Of a stretch of 64,000 nt of DNA, positions 36,950 to 44,528 are shown piece after piece (the first letter of the stretch is position 1; each line of letters opens with the position of its first letter). The DNA is taken from contig CAWGNS010000009.1 of the NCBI GenBank assembly GCA_963824095.1, positions 128,256 through 192,255 of the forward strand. The letters are read 5' to 3'. Source of the stretch: Terriglobia bacterium. Its GTDB lineage: Bacteria > Acidobacteriota > Terriglobia > Bryobacterales > UBA6623. Below the pieces are notes generated by a model that did not search any database, had not been told where the DNA came from, and was given only the letters and a program-made list of their open reading frames with translations. Both the position numbers and the translations under genes were made by a program.

Positions 36950-37093
36950 GTAGCGCAGGGCTGAAGCTTTTCCAGACCTGCGGCATGATTTCGGCTGGAG
37001 AGAAGAGGGCAAGATCGGGGACATCTTCCTTGCGGTTCGGTCCAGCGTCCCAAAAAGCCGCAGGTCTGGGAAATGCACCCAGCCCTGCGCTAC
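36950..37093. repeat. MITE/REP-like inverted-repeat element, family 1, copy C (144 bp)
   Basis: Arms GTAGCGCAGGGCTGAAGCTTTTCCAGACCTGCGGC (36950-36984) and GCCGCAGGTCTGGGAAATGCACCCAGCCCTGCGCTAC (37057-37093). It lies 34 nt downstream of the kinase stop. Confidence 0.7.
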
Positions 37094-37126
37094 GGGGCGG
37101 CGTGCGGCCCCCGGGTTGGCGGCAGC

Positions 37127-38456
37127 CTACGCCGCGGTTTCCAGCGGCAGGCGCAGCTTGGCGATGCAGCCTTGCGGGCCCTGGCGGTTTTCCAGCGTCA
37201 GGCTTCCGCCGTGGTTTTCGGTGATCTTGCGGCAGAGCACCAGGCCGATCCCCGAGCCGCCGGGCTTGGTCGTGAAAAAGGGGACGAACAGGTTGGCTTC
37301 GCTCGACAGGCCGGGGCCGTCGTCTTCGACCCAGACTTCCAGATGGCGCTTGTTCCGGCTCCAGCCCACGCGGACTCCGCCGCCGGTTTCGCCGGCCGCG
37401 TCGGCGGCGTTGCGGATCAGATTGATCAGCAGTTGCTCGAGCTGGTCGCCGTCGGCCTGCACGTTCAACTCGGGACCGGCGTCGATGTGCACCGGCATGC
37501 GGGTTTCGAGTCCGGCGGCCCGCTGCACCCATTCGGAGACGTTGACCGTCGCCAGGGTCGGCTCGGGCAACTTGGCGAGGCGGGCATAGGCGCTCATGAA
37601 GCGGCTGAGCGAATCGGCGCGCGAGGCGATCACCGAAAGGCCCTGCTGCATATCGTCCTGCCAGTCGTCGGTTTTGGGGCGCGAGAGCAGGCTGGCGAGG
37701 CTGGCGGCGATGGACTTGATGGGAGCCAGCGAGTTGTTCAGCTCGTGGCCGATGACGCGCACGAGGCGCTGCCAGGCTTTGAGTTCCTCTTCGCGCAGCT
37801 CGCGGGTGAGGTCGGAGATGACCAGCAGGGTGTGGCGTACGCCGTGCTCGCGAAACGAGCTGCGGCGGACGCTCCAACGGCCGGCGCCGCCGGGGAAGGT
37901 CATCTCCATGGTGCGGCTGCGTCCTCGTGTGAAGCAGTCGGCGAGCCCGATTTCGTCTGCCCCATGGCCCACCAGCCGCTCGGCGGGCTTGGCCAGCAGG
38001 CGGGCGCCGGCACGGTTCACCAGTTGCAGCCGCTGCTCCTGGTCGAAGGCGAATACGGCGACGTCGATCTGCTCCATGACGGTGCGCAGCAAGCGTGGCG
38101 GCCTCGATGGCGTCGAGGCGCTGCTCGCGCAGCATGCGGCTCATCGAGTTGATTTCGTACATCACCTCGCCCAGCGCGTCGCGCGAGGCGCGCGCCCGCA
38201 GCGAGTAGTCGCCCTCGCGCAGGGCGGCCAGCAGGTTCGACAAAGTGCGCAGCGGATAGACGACGCGCTCGCGCAGCGCGAAGGCGAAGCCCAGCCAGAA
38301 GCCGAGGATCAGCACCGACAGAGTCCACTGGACCTTGGGCGTATAGTCGCCGCTCCACAGAAAGATCATCGCGATCAGCACGGCGGGCAGACCGCCGGCG
38401 AGGGCGTAGAGCAGCACGCGCCGTTCGTGGGGCATGGGGCGCTTGGGTTGGGTCAA
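37127..38456 (-). pseudogene. Sensor histidine kinase (2 TM + HAMP-like + PAS + HisKA + HATPase) split by a 1-nt frameshift (or sequence error)
   Basis: The N-terminal 122 aa are in the frame of track ORF 36903..38456 (TM helices LLYALAGGLPAVLIAMIFLW and LSVLILGFWLGFAFAL). The rest is track ORF 37127..38092, with H-box IGHELNNSLAPI, N-box LINLIRNAADA, and G-boxes DDGPGL and GGSGIGL. The junction is at 38091-38093. Confidence 0.8.
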
Positions 38457-38586
38457 GGGTTTTCCAGCCGTTCGCTGTGGCGCGGGCCTCGGGCCGGCGG
38501 CGTCGACCTAGGGTCGACGTTCGCATGGGCCGGCCGCAAGGTATGTGACTGTCGTTTCCGAGCCTGTGCGTTTGGGCTGCTTGCTT

Positions 38587-38608
38587 GGGCAGGCCGGAGC
38601 CCTGCCCC
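38587..38608. repeat. GC-rich hairpin repeat (GGGCAGGCCGGAGCCCTGCCCC)
   Basis: 7-bp stem GGGCAGG/CCTGCCC with an 8-nt loop. A near-identical 32-nt stretch including the flank CACTGG(G)AT lies at 60262-60293. Confidence 0.5.
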
Positions 38609-38623
38609 ACTGGATCGCTCTAC

Positions 38624-39979
38624 TCACAGGCCATGCTTCTGGAGCCGGCGGTACATGGCGCTGCGGCTCAGACCGAGCGCTTTGGCGGCTTCGGTGACGT
38701 TGCCGTCGTTTTTCTCGAGTGCTTTTTTGATCAGGAAGCGCTCGACGTCGTCCAGGCTCATGTCTTCGATGCGGCCGGCGCCGTCGCGGCGGGCCTGCAA
38801 GCCGAGATCCGCCGAGGTAAGCTGGTCGCCTTTGGCCATCAGGACGGCGCGCTGCAACGCATGGTCGAGCTCGCGCACGTTACCGGGCCAGGGGTGGTCC
38901 AGGATGGCCTGCAGGGCGCCGTGGTCGAAGCCGCCGGTCTCTTTGCGGTAGCGCCGCGCATAGCGCTGCAGAAAATGATTCGCCAGCAGCGGAATGTCTT
39001 CCTTGCGCTGCCGCAGCGGCGGCAGATGGATCTCCACTGTGTTGAGGCGAAACAGCAGGTCCTCGCGAAAGCGCCCTTCGTCGACCTCGCGGCGCACGTC
39101 GGCGTTGGTGGCCGAAACGATACGTACGCTGACCTGGCGCGATTTCGACGAGCCGACGCGCTCGACCTCGCCGGTTTCGATCACGCGCAGCAGCCGCGAC
39201 TGCTGGTTCATGCTGATGTTGGCGATTTCGTCGAGAAACAGCGTGCCGCCGTTGGCCAGCTCAAAACGCCCGATGCGGTCGGTGTTGGCGCCGGTGAACG
39301 AGCCCTTGATGTGGCCGAACATCTCGCTCTCGAAAACGCCCTCGACCAGGCCGCCGACGTTGACCGACACCAGGGGCTTCGCGGCGCGCGGCGAAATGGC
39401 GTGCAGCGTCTGCGCCACGACTTCCTTGCCGGTGCCGTGCTCGCCGGTGATCAGCACATTGGCGTCGGAGGGCCCGACGCGCGAAATCATTTCGAGGATC
39501 GGCCGCATCACGGGCGAATCAGCGATCAGCTTCGGCAGCCCCTCGCCGCGCAGCAGCTCGTTTTCGGCTTCGAGGTGCTCGCTCTGGCGCAGCGCCCGAG
39601 CCAGTTCGACCTGCGTGCGAACGATGGCCAGCAGCCGCGCATTGTCCCAGGGCTTCTGGACGAAATCACGCGCGCCGCGGCGCATCGCCTCGACGGCCAC
39701 CTCGACGCTGCCCCAAGCGGTCATCACGACGACCGGCAGGGTGCTGTCCACCGCCTGGATCTGCGAGAGCAGGTCGAGGCCCTCTTTGCCCGAGGTGGTG
39801 TCGCGGGTGTAGTTGAGGTCCATCAACAGCGCGTCGAAGTCGTCCTCTTCGAGGGCTTTGAGAACGCCGGCCGGCGAGGTGACGGTTTCGGTGAGGAAGC
39901 CCTCGCCCTTGAGCAGCAGCCGCAGGGCGGTGAGGACGTCGGGCTGGTCGTCGGCGACGAGTAGTTTGGGTTTCTGCAT
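38624..39979 (-). CDS. Sigma-54-dependent Fis-family response regulator (NtrC-type: REC + AAA+ + HTH)
   Basis: REC domain with DDQPDV...DLNY. AAA+ Walker [15 protein letters not shown]-type loop (GSFTGA), ESEMFGH and Walker B LFLDEI. C-terminal Fis-type [28 protein letters not shown]. Confidence 0.9.
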   Translation of the reverse strand: MQKPKLLVADDQPDVLTALRLLLKGEGFLTETVTSPAGVLKALEEDDFDALLMDLNYTRDTTSGKEGLDLLSQIQAVDSTLPVVVMTAWGSVEVAVEAMRRGARDFVQKPWDNARLLAIVRTQVELARALRQSEHLEAENELLRGEGLPKLIADSPVMRPILEMISRVGPSDANVLITGEHGTGKEVVAQTLHAISPRAAKPLVSVNVGGLVEGVFESEMFGHIKGSFTGANTDRIGRFELANGGTLFLDEIANISMNQQSRLLRVIETGEVERVGSSKSRQVSVRIVSATNADVRREVDEGRFREDLLFRLNTVEIHLPPLRQRKEDIPLLANHFLQRYARRYRKETGGFDHGALQAILDHPWPGNVRELDHALQRAVLMAKGDQLTSADLGLQARRDGAGRIEDMSLDDVERFLIKKALEKNDGNVTEAAKALGLSRSAMYRRLQKHGL

Positions 39980-40208
39980 TCCTTCTCTCGGACCCTGGGG
40001 CCGGGGCGGTCTAGAGAACGCAATCCGGGGGCCGCACCCCAGTCACACCGCCTAACGTATTGTAACTCTTTGGTTTTCAGTGGATTCCTGGATCAAGGCT
40101 GTGGCTGTGGAGTGTCCGCTTTTGGGACGATGGCGGTCCCAACTCTGCGACGAGGGTTCTGGAATGGCGGTTGTGGCAATGAGCATCGGCTGCAGAGGCG
40201 GAGATCCG

Positions 40209-40406
40209 CCACCCGTGGCGTGAAGCTCCAGCTTTGCCGCCTTTCGATTCATCGATAGGTGTCTTGGGGAGGCGACGTGGTGCGTTTTGGGCGCGTGAGG
40301 AGAGGAGGGCTGGTGGAAGGGAGGCGGCTCGCACACACTGTGCCTCCCGGCCATGCATCGCGACGAATCGCGATGCGGCAAACCTGGAGGTTCACGCCAC
40401 GGGTGG
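40209..40406. repeat. Inverted pair of family-4 units (46-nt arms, about 106-nt spacer)
   Basis: CCACCCGTGGCGTGAAGCTCCAGCTTTGCCGCCTTTCGATTCATCG (40209-40254) is the near reverse complement of CGACGAATCGCGATGCGGCAAACCTGGAGGTTCACGCCACGGGTGG (40361-40406). Confidence 0.6.
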
Positions 40407-40495
40407 CGATGCAAGCCTCTGGAGTCTTCGGGGCCGGCTCGTTGCTGGGCCCGTTCGCTGCTGGGCCGGGGCACGATATGGCCTCGGCCTGGAAA

Positions 40496-41533
40496 TCAGG
40501 GTTTCAGATGAACCTGGAAGAACTCGATCAGGGCGTCAAAGGCTTCCATCGAGAAGCCGTGGTGCCCCGGTTGCTGGTGGACGACGAAGTTGCCGGGCTT
40601 TCCGGCTTGCTCGTAGGCCGGGCGCACGATGCTCAGGAAGCGATCGACGGCGGGTTTGGGCATCGCGATGTCTTCGGTGGGCGCCCAGAGCATCAAGGGG
40701 CGGGGGGCCATGGCGGCGGCGAAATCGGCCTGGTCGCCTTTGGCGAGCATGCCGGGAATCCACCAGTAGGTCCCGTGATAGCCCAGGCTGCCCTGCTCGA
40801 TGAACAGGGCGATCGAGCCGACCCCGCCGCAGATCGGCGCCGCGGCGGCGATGCGGCTGTCGAGCAGCCAAGTATAGAAGGTCGTGATGCCGCCGAAGGA
40901 AAGGCCGGTCATGCCGATGCGGCTGGCGTCGACGTCGGGCCGCTTTTCGAGGTAGCTGAGCCCCTGGCGGATCTCGTAGAGCACGGCCCCCATTTCGGTG
41001 CGCCCCTGGACCAGCAGGGCATTGGCTTGCGCGTTGCTTTTGGGCACACGGCGGTCGAGCCCGCGCTGCGTGATCGCCAGCGCCAGGTAGCCGCGGCGGG
41101 CCAGCTCGCGCGCCCAGCCGAGCAGCCGGTCGTGCGGCTCGCTTCGGCCAGGGCCCTGCCAGGGGCCGATGACGAACTCCTTGGTCGACATCGATTCGCG
41201 GCTACCGCTGCTCCCATGCAGGCAGACCACGGCGGGCAGGCGACCAGCGGGTTTCGCCGGGCGGATCACGAATGCCGGTACGACCTCGCCGTCGAGGGAG
41301 ACCCACGAAACGTCCTCGGTGACCAGGCCTTCCTCTTCCTGCGTGCCGTGAACGGTGACCTCCACCTGGGGAGCCTCGGCCGGGATTTTCAGCAGATCGG
41401 CAAACGTGTTGCGGGCGACGGTGCTGTAGGGGGAACTCTGCGCCGGGGCAGACTGGCCGGCCGCGGTGAGCAGCAGCGCCCCGCAAATCAGGGAACGCCA
41501 AAGATTCTGACGGATGAATCGCGATTCCAACAT
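40496..41533 (-). CDS. Secreted alpha/beta-fold hydrolase (dienelactone hydrolase / acetyl-xylan-esterase-like)
   Basis: Signal-like LICGALLLTAAGQSAPA. Nucleophile elbow GLSFGG. VVCLHGSSGS and a C-terminal PGHHGF (His) context. Confidence 0.75.
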   Translation of the reverse strand: MLESRFIRQNLWRSLICGALLLTAAGQSAPAQSSPYSTVARNTFADLLKIPAEAPQVEVTVHGTQEEEGLVTEDVSWVSLDGEVVPAFVIRPAKPAGRLPAVVCLHGSSGSRESMSTKEFVIGPWQGPGRSEPHDRLLGWARELARRGYLALAITQRGLDRRVPKSNAQANALLVQGRTEMGAVLYEIRQGLSYLEKRPDVDASRIGMTGLSFGGITTFYTWLLDSRIAAAAPICGGVGSIALFIEQGSLGYHGTYWWIPGMLAKGDQADFAAAMAPRPLMLWAPTEDIAMPKPAVDRFLSIVRPAYEQAGKPGNFVVHQQPGHHGFSMEAFDALIEFFQVHLKP

Positions 41534-41572
41534 GCACCTCGCCCGTCCATTCTACTAGCGGAGGCCATACCC

Positions 41573-41625
41573 GTGGAACAGACAATCCTGTCTGTTTCCC
41601 GTAGAGACAGGCGGTCCCGCCTGTC
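41573..41625 (-). promoter_or_regulatory. Conserved leader module, copy L1 (palindrome AACAGACA-n4-TGTCTGTT plus GAGACAGGCG hairpin) upstream of the hydrolase
   Basis: The minus strand reads GGACAGGCGGGACCGCCTGTCTCTACGGGAAACAGACAGGATTGTCTGTTCCACG and ends 39 nt before ATG 41533. The same core lies at 44417-44441 and 46954-46978, with a diverged copy at 51990-52017. Confidence 0.5.
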
Positions 41626-41795
41626 CGCGCCGCAGCCGCGTCCGCGCTGTGCCGCGAAGGGGCGAGCGCTCGGTCGCTGGCTCAGACAGTAGCGCGCCAG
41701 CGTCGTCGAGGAGCCGGGCGTTATGCGGAGTGCCGCTTGCCTTGTGCTAAGAATTCGTTGGGTGTCCCTGCTTAGGCCTCGCCGCTTCGCGACGA

Positions 41796-41893
41796 GGGAC
41801 AGGCGGGAGCGCCTGTCTCTACCCAGCACAGGCAGGATTGCCTGCGCCACATGCAGGCGGGATTTGCTGCACGCAGGCAACCTCGCCTGTGCC
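41796..41893. repeat. Cluster of short GC-rich hairpins directly 3' of the first ADOP gene
   Basis: GGGACAGGCGGGAGCGCCTGTCTC (41796-41819). AGCACAGGCAGGATTGCCTG (41825-41844), which is identical to 44491-44510. Weaker TGCAG..CTGCA and CAGGC..GCCTG stems extend up to 41893. Confidence 0.55.
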
Positions 41894-41895
41894 GG

Positions 41896-44406
41896 CTACT
41901 CGTAGCGCAGCGCGGCCATCGGATCCGTTCGCGCGGCTCGCCGCGCCGGCAAATAGGCAGCCACGGCCGCCACCAGCAGCAACACACCGGTCGCCGCCGC
42001 CATCGCCAGCGGATCGGTCGCCGAGGTCTGATAGAGCAGGCTCGCCACAAGCCGCGCCACTACGAAAGCGCCCGCCAGGCCGATCGCCACTCCGGTCGCG
42101 ACCAGCCCCAGCGACTCAATCAACACCAGGCGCAGTACGTTGGCGCTCTCGGCGCCGAGCGCCAGACGAATGCCGATCTCGCTGGTGCGGCGGCTGACGT
42201 TGTAGCTCATCAGCCCGTAGAGCCCCAGCGTCGCCAGCAGCAAAGCCAGCAGCCCGAACGCCGCGGTGAGCTGCATCATCAGACGCTGCCGGGTGAGCAC
42301 GCGATCGACGCGGTCGTCCATGGTCAGGATGTCGTTCACGGGCAGATTGGGTGCGGCCTCGGCCAGCGCCGCCCGCACTGCCGACGCGACCGCGGCAGGA
42401 TCGCCGCTCGAGCGCACTTCGAGCGAGCTGAGATACTCGGGGCGCGCGGCCACGGGCACGAACATCAGCACGTTGGGCTTCTCGCTCGCCGAACGAAAGT
42501 GCACATTGTCCACGACTCCGACGATCTCGATCGTATCCTGTGGGCCGCCGCCTGTCTTGATGCGGCCGCCGACGGCCGAACGGTTGGGGAAGAAGCGTTC
42601 CGCCAGCTTGCGGTTGACGACCGTAACCAGGGGAGCGCCGTCGCGGTCTCGATCGGTCAAACCGCGGCCGTCGAGCAGGCGCATGCCGACCGTCTCGAAG
42701 TATTGCGGCGTGACGAAGACCTGCTCCACGTCGTGGTCTTCGCCCTCGGCGTAGGTGTAGCCCTCGACATCAACCGAATTCGTGCGCGTGGAGCCCCCGA
42801 GCAGCGAATAGATCGACAGGCTGGCCGATTGCACGCCGGGGATGGCGTCGACCCGCTCGAGCACGCGCTGGTAGAGTGGCGTGAGCTGCTCGCTAGTAAA
42901 CCCGGCGCCTCGCGGATCGATGCCCGCCACCAGCACGTGCGACGTATCGAAGCCCCAATCGACGTGGCGCAGGTTCTGCAGGCTCCTCAGAAACAGGCCG
43001 GCGCCCACCAGCAGCATCAGCGACAGGGCGACCTGCGAAACCACCAGCGCGCGGTTCAGCCCGAACCGGGAGCGTTCGGCGATGCCGCCGCGGGTGTTGA
43101 CCTGCAGCGTCGGCGCAAGGTCGAAGCGGGTGGCGCGCAGCGCGGGGACCAGTCCGAACAGCAATACGGCGAGTAGCGTCAGCCCCGAGGTGAACGCCAG
43201 CACGCGCGGGTCGATGCCCGCGTCGAGAGGCAGGCGCGTGGCGTCATTCGAAGCCATGCGCAGCAGCAGCTCGAGCGCCCAACTGGCCACCAGCAGAGCG
43301 ACCAGGCCGCCGGCGGCGGCCAGCAGCAGACTCTCGGTGAGCAGTTGGCGAATCAGACGCGCTCGCCCGGCTCCCAAAGCGAGGCGAACACCAATTTCTT
43401 TGCGCCGCGCCGTGGCCCGAGCCAGCAGCAGGTTGGCGATGTTGGCGCAGGCGATCAACAGCACAACGCCCACCACGGCCATCAGCAGGATCAACGGGTC
43501 GGCGTAGCTCTCGCGCATGTTCGAGAGCCCTTGCGCGGCGGGGACGAGCGTCGCCCGCAGTTGGCGGGTTTTCTCGCGCTCCCGCTCACTCATGTTCTTA
43601 GCGGCGAGGTCGTAGATGTGGTGCTGGAAGACGACGTCCACTTCGGCGCGGGCCTGTTCGAGCGAGATGCCGGGTTTGAGGCGGCCAATCGCGCGCATCC
43701 AATAGATCTGCGCATCGTCGAGAAACGAGTTCTGGCGGGTGATCTGCGCCTGCATGGTCAGCGGCGCCCATAGGTCAGGCCGTTGGCCGACGCGCTCTCC
43801 AAAAAACTGCGCCGGGGCCACTCCCAAAATCGTGTAGTGCAGCCCATTGATGAGCAGCGTCTTGCCCGCAATCTCGGCGTCGCCTCCGAATTTTCGCTGC
43901 CAGTAGCCGTAGCTCAGCACAGCGACAGCGTCGGCGCCTGGGCTGCGGTCATCGCCCGGTTGCAGCAGGCGTCCTAGCAACGGGCGCACGCCGAGCACGT
44001 CGAAGTAGTTGCCGCTGACCAGTTCCGCCATGGCGGCCTCGGGGCTGCCGCCCGCCGAATTGGGTGAATCGCTGATGTACACCCGTGACATGGTGCTGTT
44101 GTGCGCCGCCACGCCTGCAAACGATTGCAACTCGTGTTGATAGGCGCGGAACATGGGATAAGAGACCGCGTGGTGCGTCGGCATCGTGGAGGTGGTAATG
44201 CCTTGATAGTCGCCGTCGCCGAAGTACACCAGCGCACTGGGTTTTTCGACCGGCAGCGTCTTGAGCAGAAGCGCGTCGATGAGGCTGAAGATGGCGGTGT
44301 TGGCGCCGATGCCGAGCGCCAGCGAAAGCACGGCCACGGCGGCGAAGCCCGGGTTGTGGGCCAGTGTGCGTAGCGCATAGCGCAGATCGTGCAAAAAGTC
44401 GGTCAT
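41896..44406 (-). CDS. ADOP-type duplicated FtsX/MacB-like orphan permease, tandem copy 1
   Basis: I moved the start to ATG 44406 (GGAG RBS): MTDFLHDLRYALRTLAHNPGFAAVAVLSLALGIGANTAIFS. First FtsX block ...VVLLIACANIANLLLARATARRKEIGVRLALGAGR. Second block ...SEIGIRLALGAESANVLRLVLIE. C-terminal DPMAALRYE. Confidence 0.85.
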   Translation of the reverse strand: MTDFLHDLRYALRTLAHNPGFAAVAVLSLALGIGANTAIFSLIDALLLKTLPVEKPSALVYFGDGDYQGITTSTMPTHHAVSYPMFRAYQHELQSFAGVAAHNSTMSRVYISDSPNSAGGSPEAAMAELVSGNYFDVLGVRPLLGRLLQPGDDRSPGADAVAVLSYGYWQRKFGGDAEIAGKTLLINGLHYTILGVAPAQFFGERVGQRPDLWAPLTMQAQITRQNSFLDDAQIYWMRAIGRLKPGISLEQARAEVDVVFQHHIYDLAAKNMSEREREKTRQLRATLVPAAQGLSNMRESYADPLILLMAVVGVVLLIACANIANLLLARATARRKEIGVRLALGAGRARLIRQLLTESLLLAAAGGLVALLVASWALELLLRMASNDATRLPLDAGIDPRVLAFTSGLTLLAVLLFGLVPALRATRFDLAPTLQVNTRGGIAERSRFGLNRALVVSQVALSLMLLVGAGLFLRSLQNLRHVDWGFDTSHVLVAGIDPRGAGFTSEQLTPLYQRVLERVDAIPGVQSASLSIYSLLGGSTRTNSVDVEGYTYAEGEDHDVEQVFVTPQYFETVGMRLLDGRGLTDRDRDGAPLVTVVNRKLAERFFPNRSAVGGRIKTGGGPQDTIEIVGVVDNVHFRSASEKPNVLMFVPVAARPEYLSSLEVRSSGDPAAVASAVRAALAEAAPNLPVNDILTMDDRVDRVLTRQRLMMQLTAAFGLLALLLATLGLYGLMSYNVSRRTSEIGIRLALGAESANVLRLVLIESLGLVATGVAIGLAGAFVVARLVASLLYQTSATDPLAMAAATGVLLLVAAVAAYLPARRAARTDPMAALRYE

Positions 44407-44416
44407 CGATCTCCTC

Positions 44417-44510
44417 GTGGAACAGACCATCCTGTCTGCTCAAGTAGAGACAGGCGCTCCGGCCTGTCCCCGCCACAACGCGGCGAGCACAGCACAGGCA
44501 GGATTGCCTG
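44417..44510 (-). promoter_or_regulatory. Conserved leader module, copy L2 (three hairpins) upstream of ADOP copy 1
   Basis: The minus strand reads CAGGCAATCCTGCCTGTGCT ... GGGACAGGCCGGAGCGCCTGTCTCTACTTGAGCAGACAGGATGGTCTGTTCCACGAGGAGATCGATG. The palindrome ends 9 nt before the ATG and abuts the GGAG RBS. Confidence 0.5.
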
Positions 44511-44528
44511 TACGACTAGTCATGACCA

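Noticed and set aside
41896-41910. 9-nt identity (GTAGCGCAG) between ADOP gene 3' ends (..CTGCGCTACGAGTAG, encoding ALRYE-stop) and the terminal inverted repeat of family-1 elements
   Set aside because: A 9-mer match is near chance expectation for 128 kb of two-strand sequence. It is multiplied only because the ADOP C-terminus is conserved. Similarity does not extend beyond the 9 nt.
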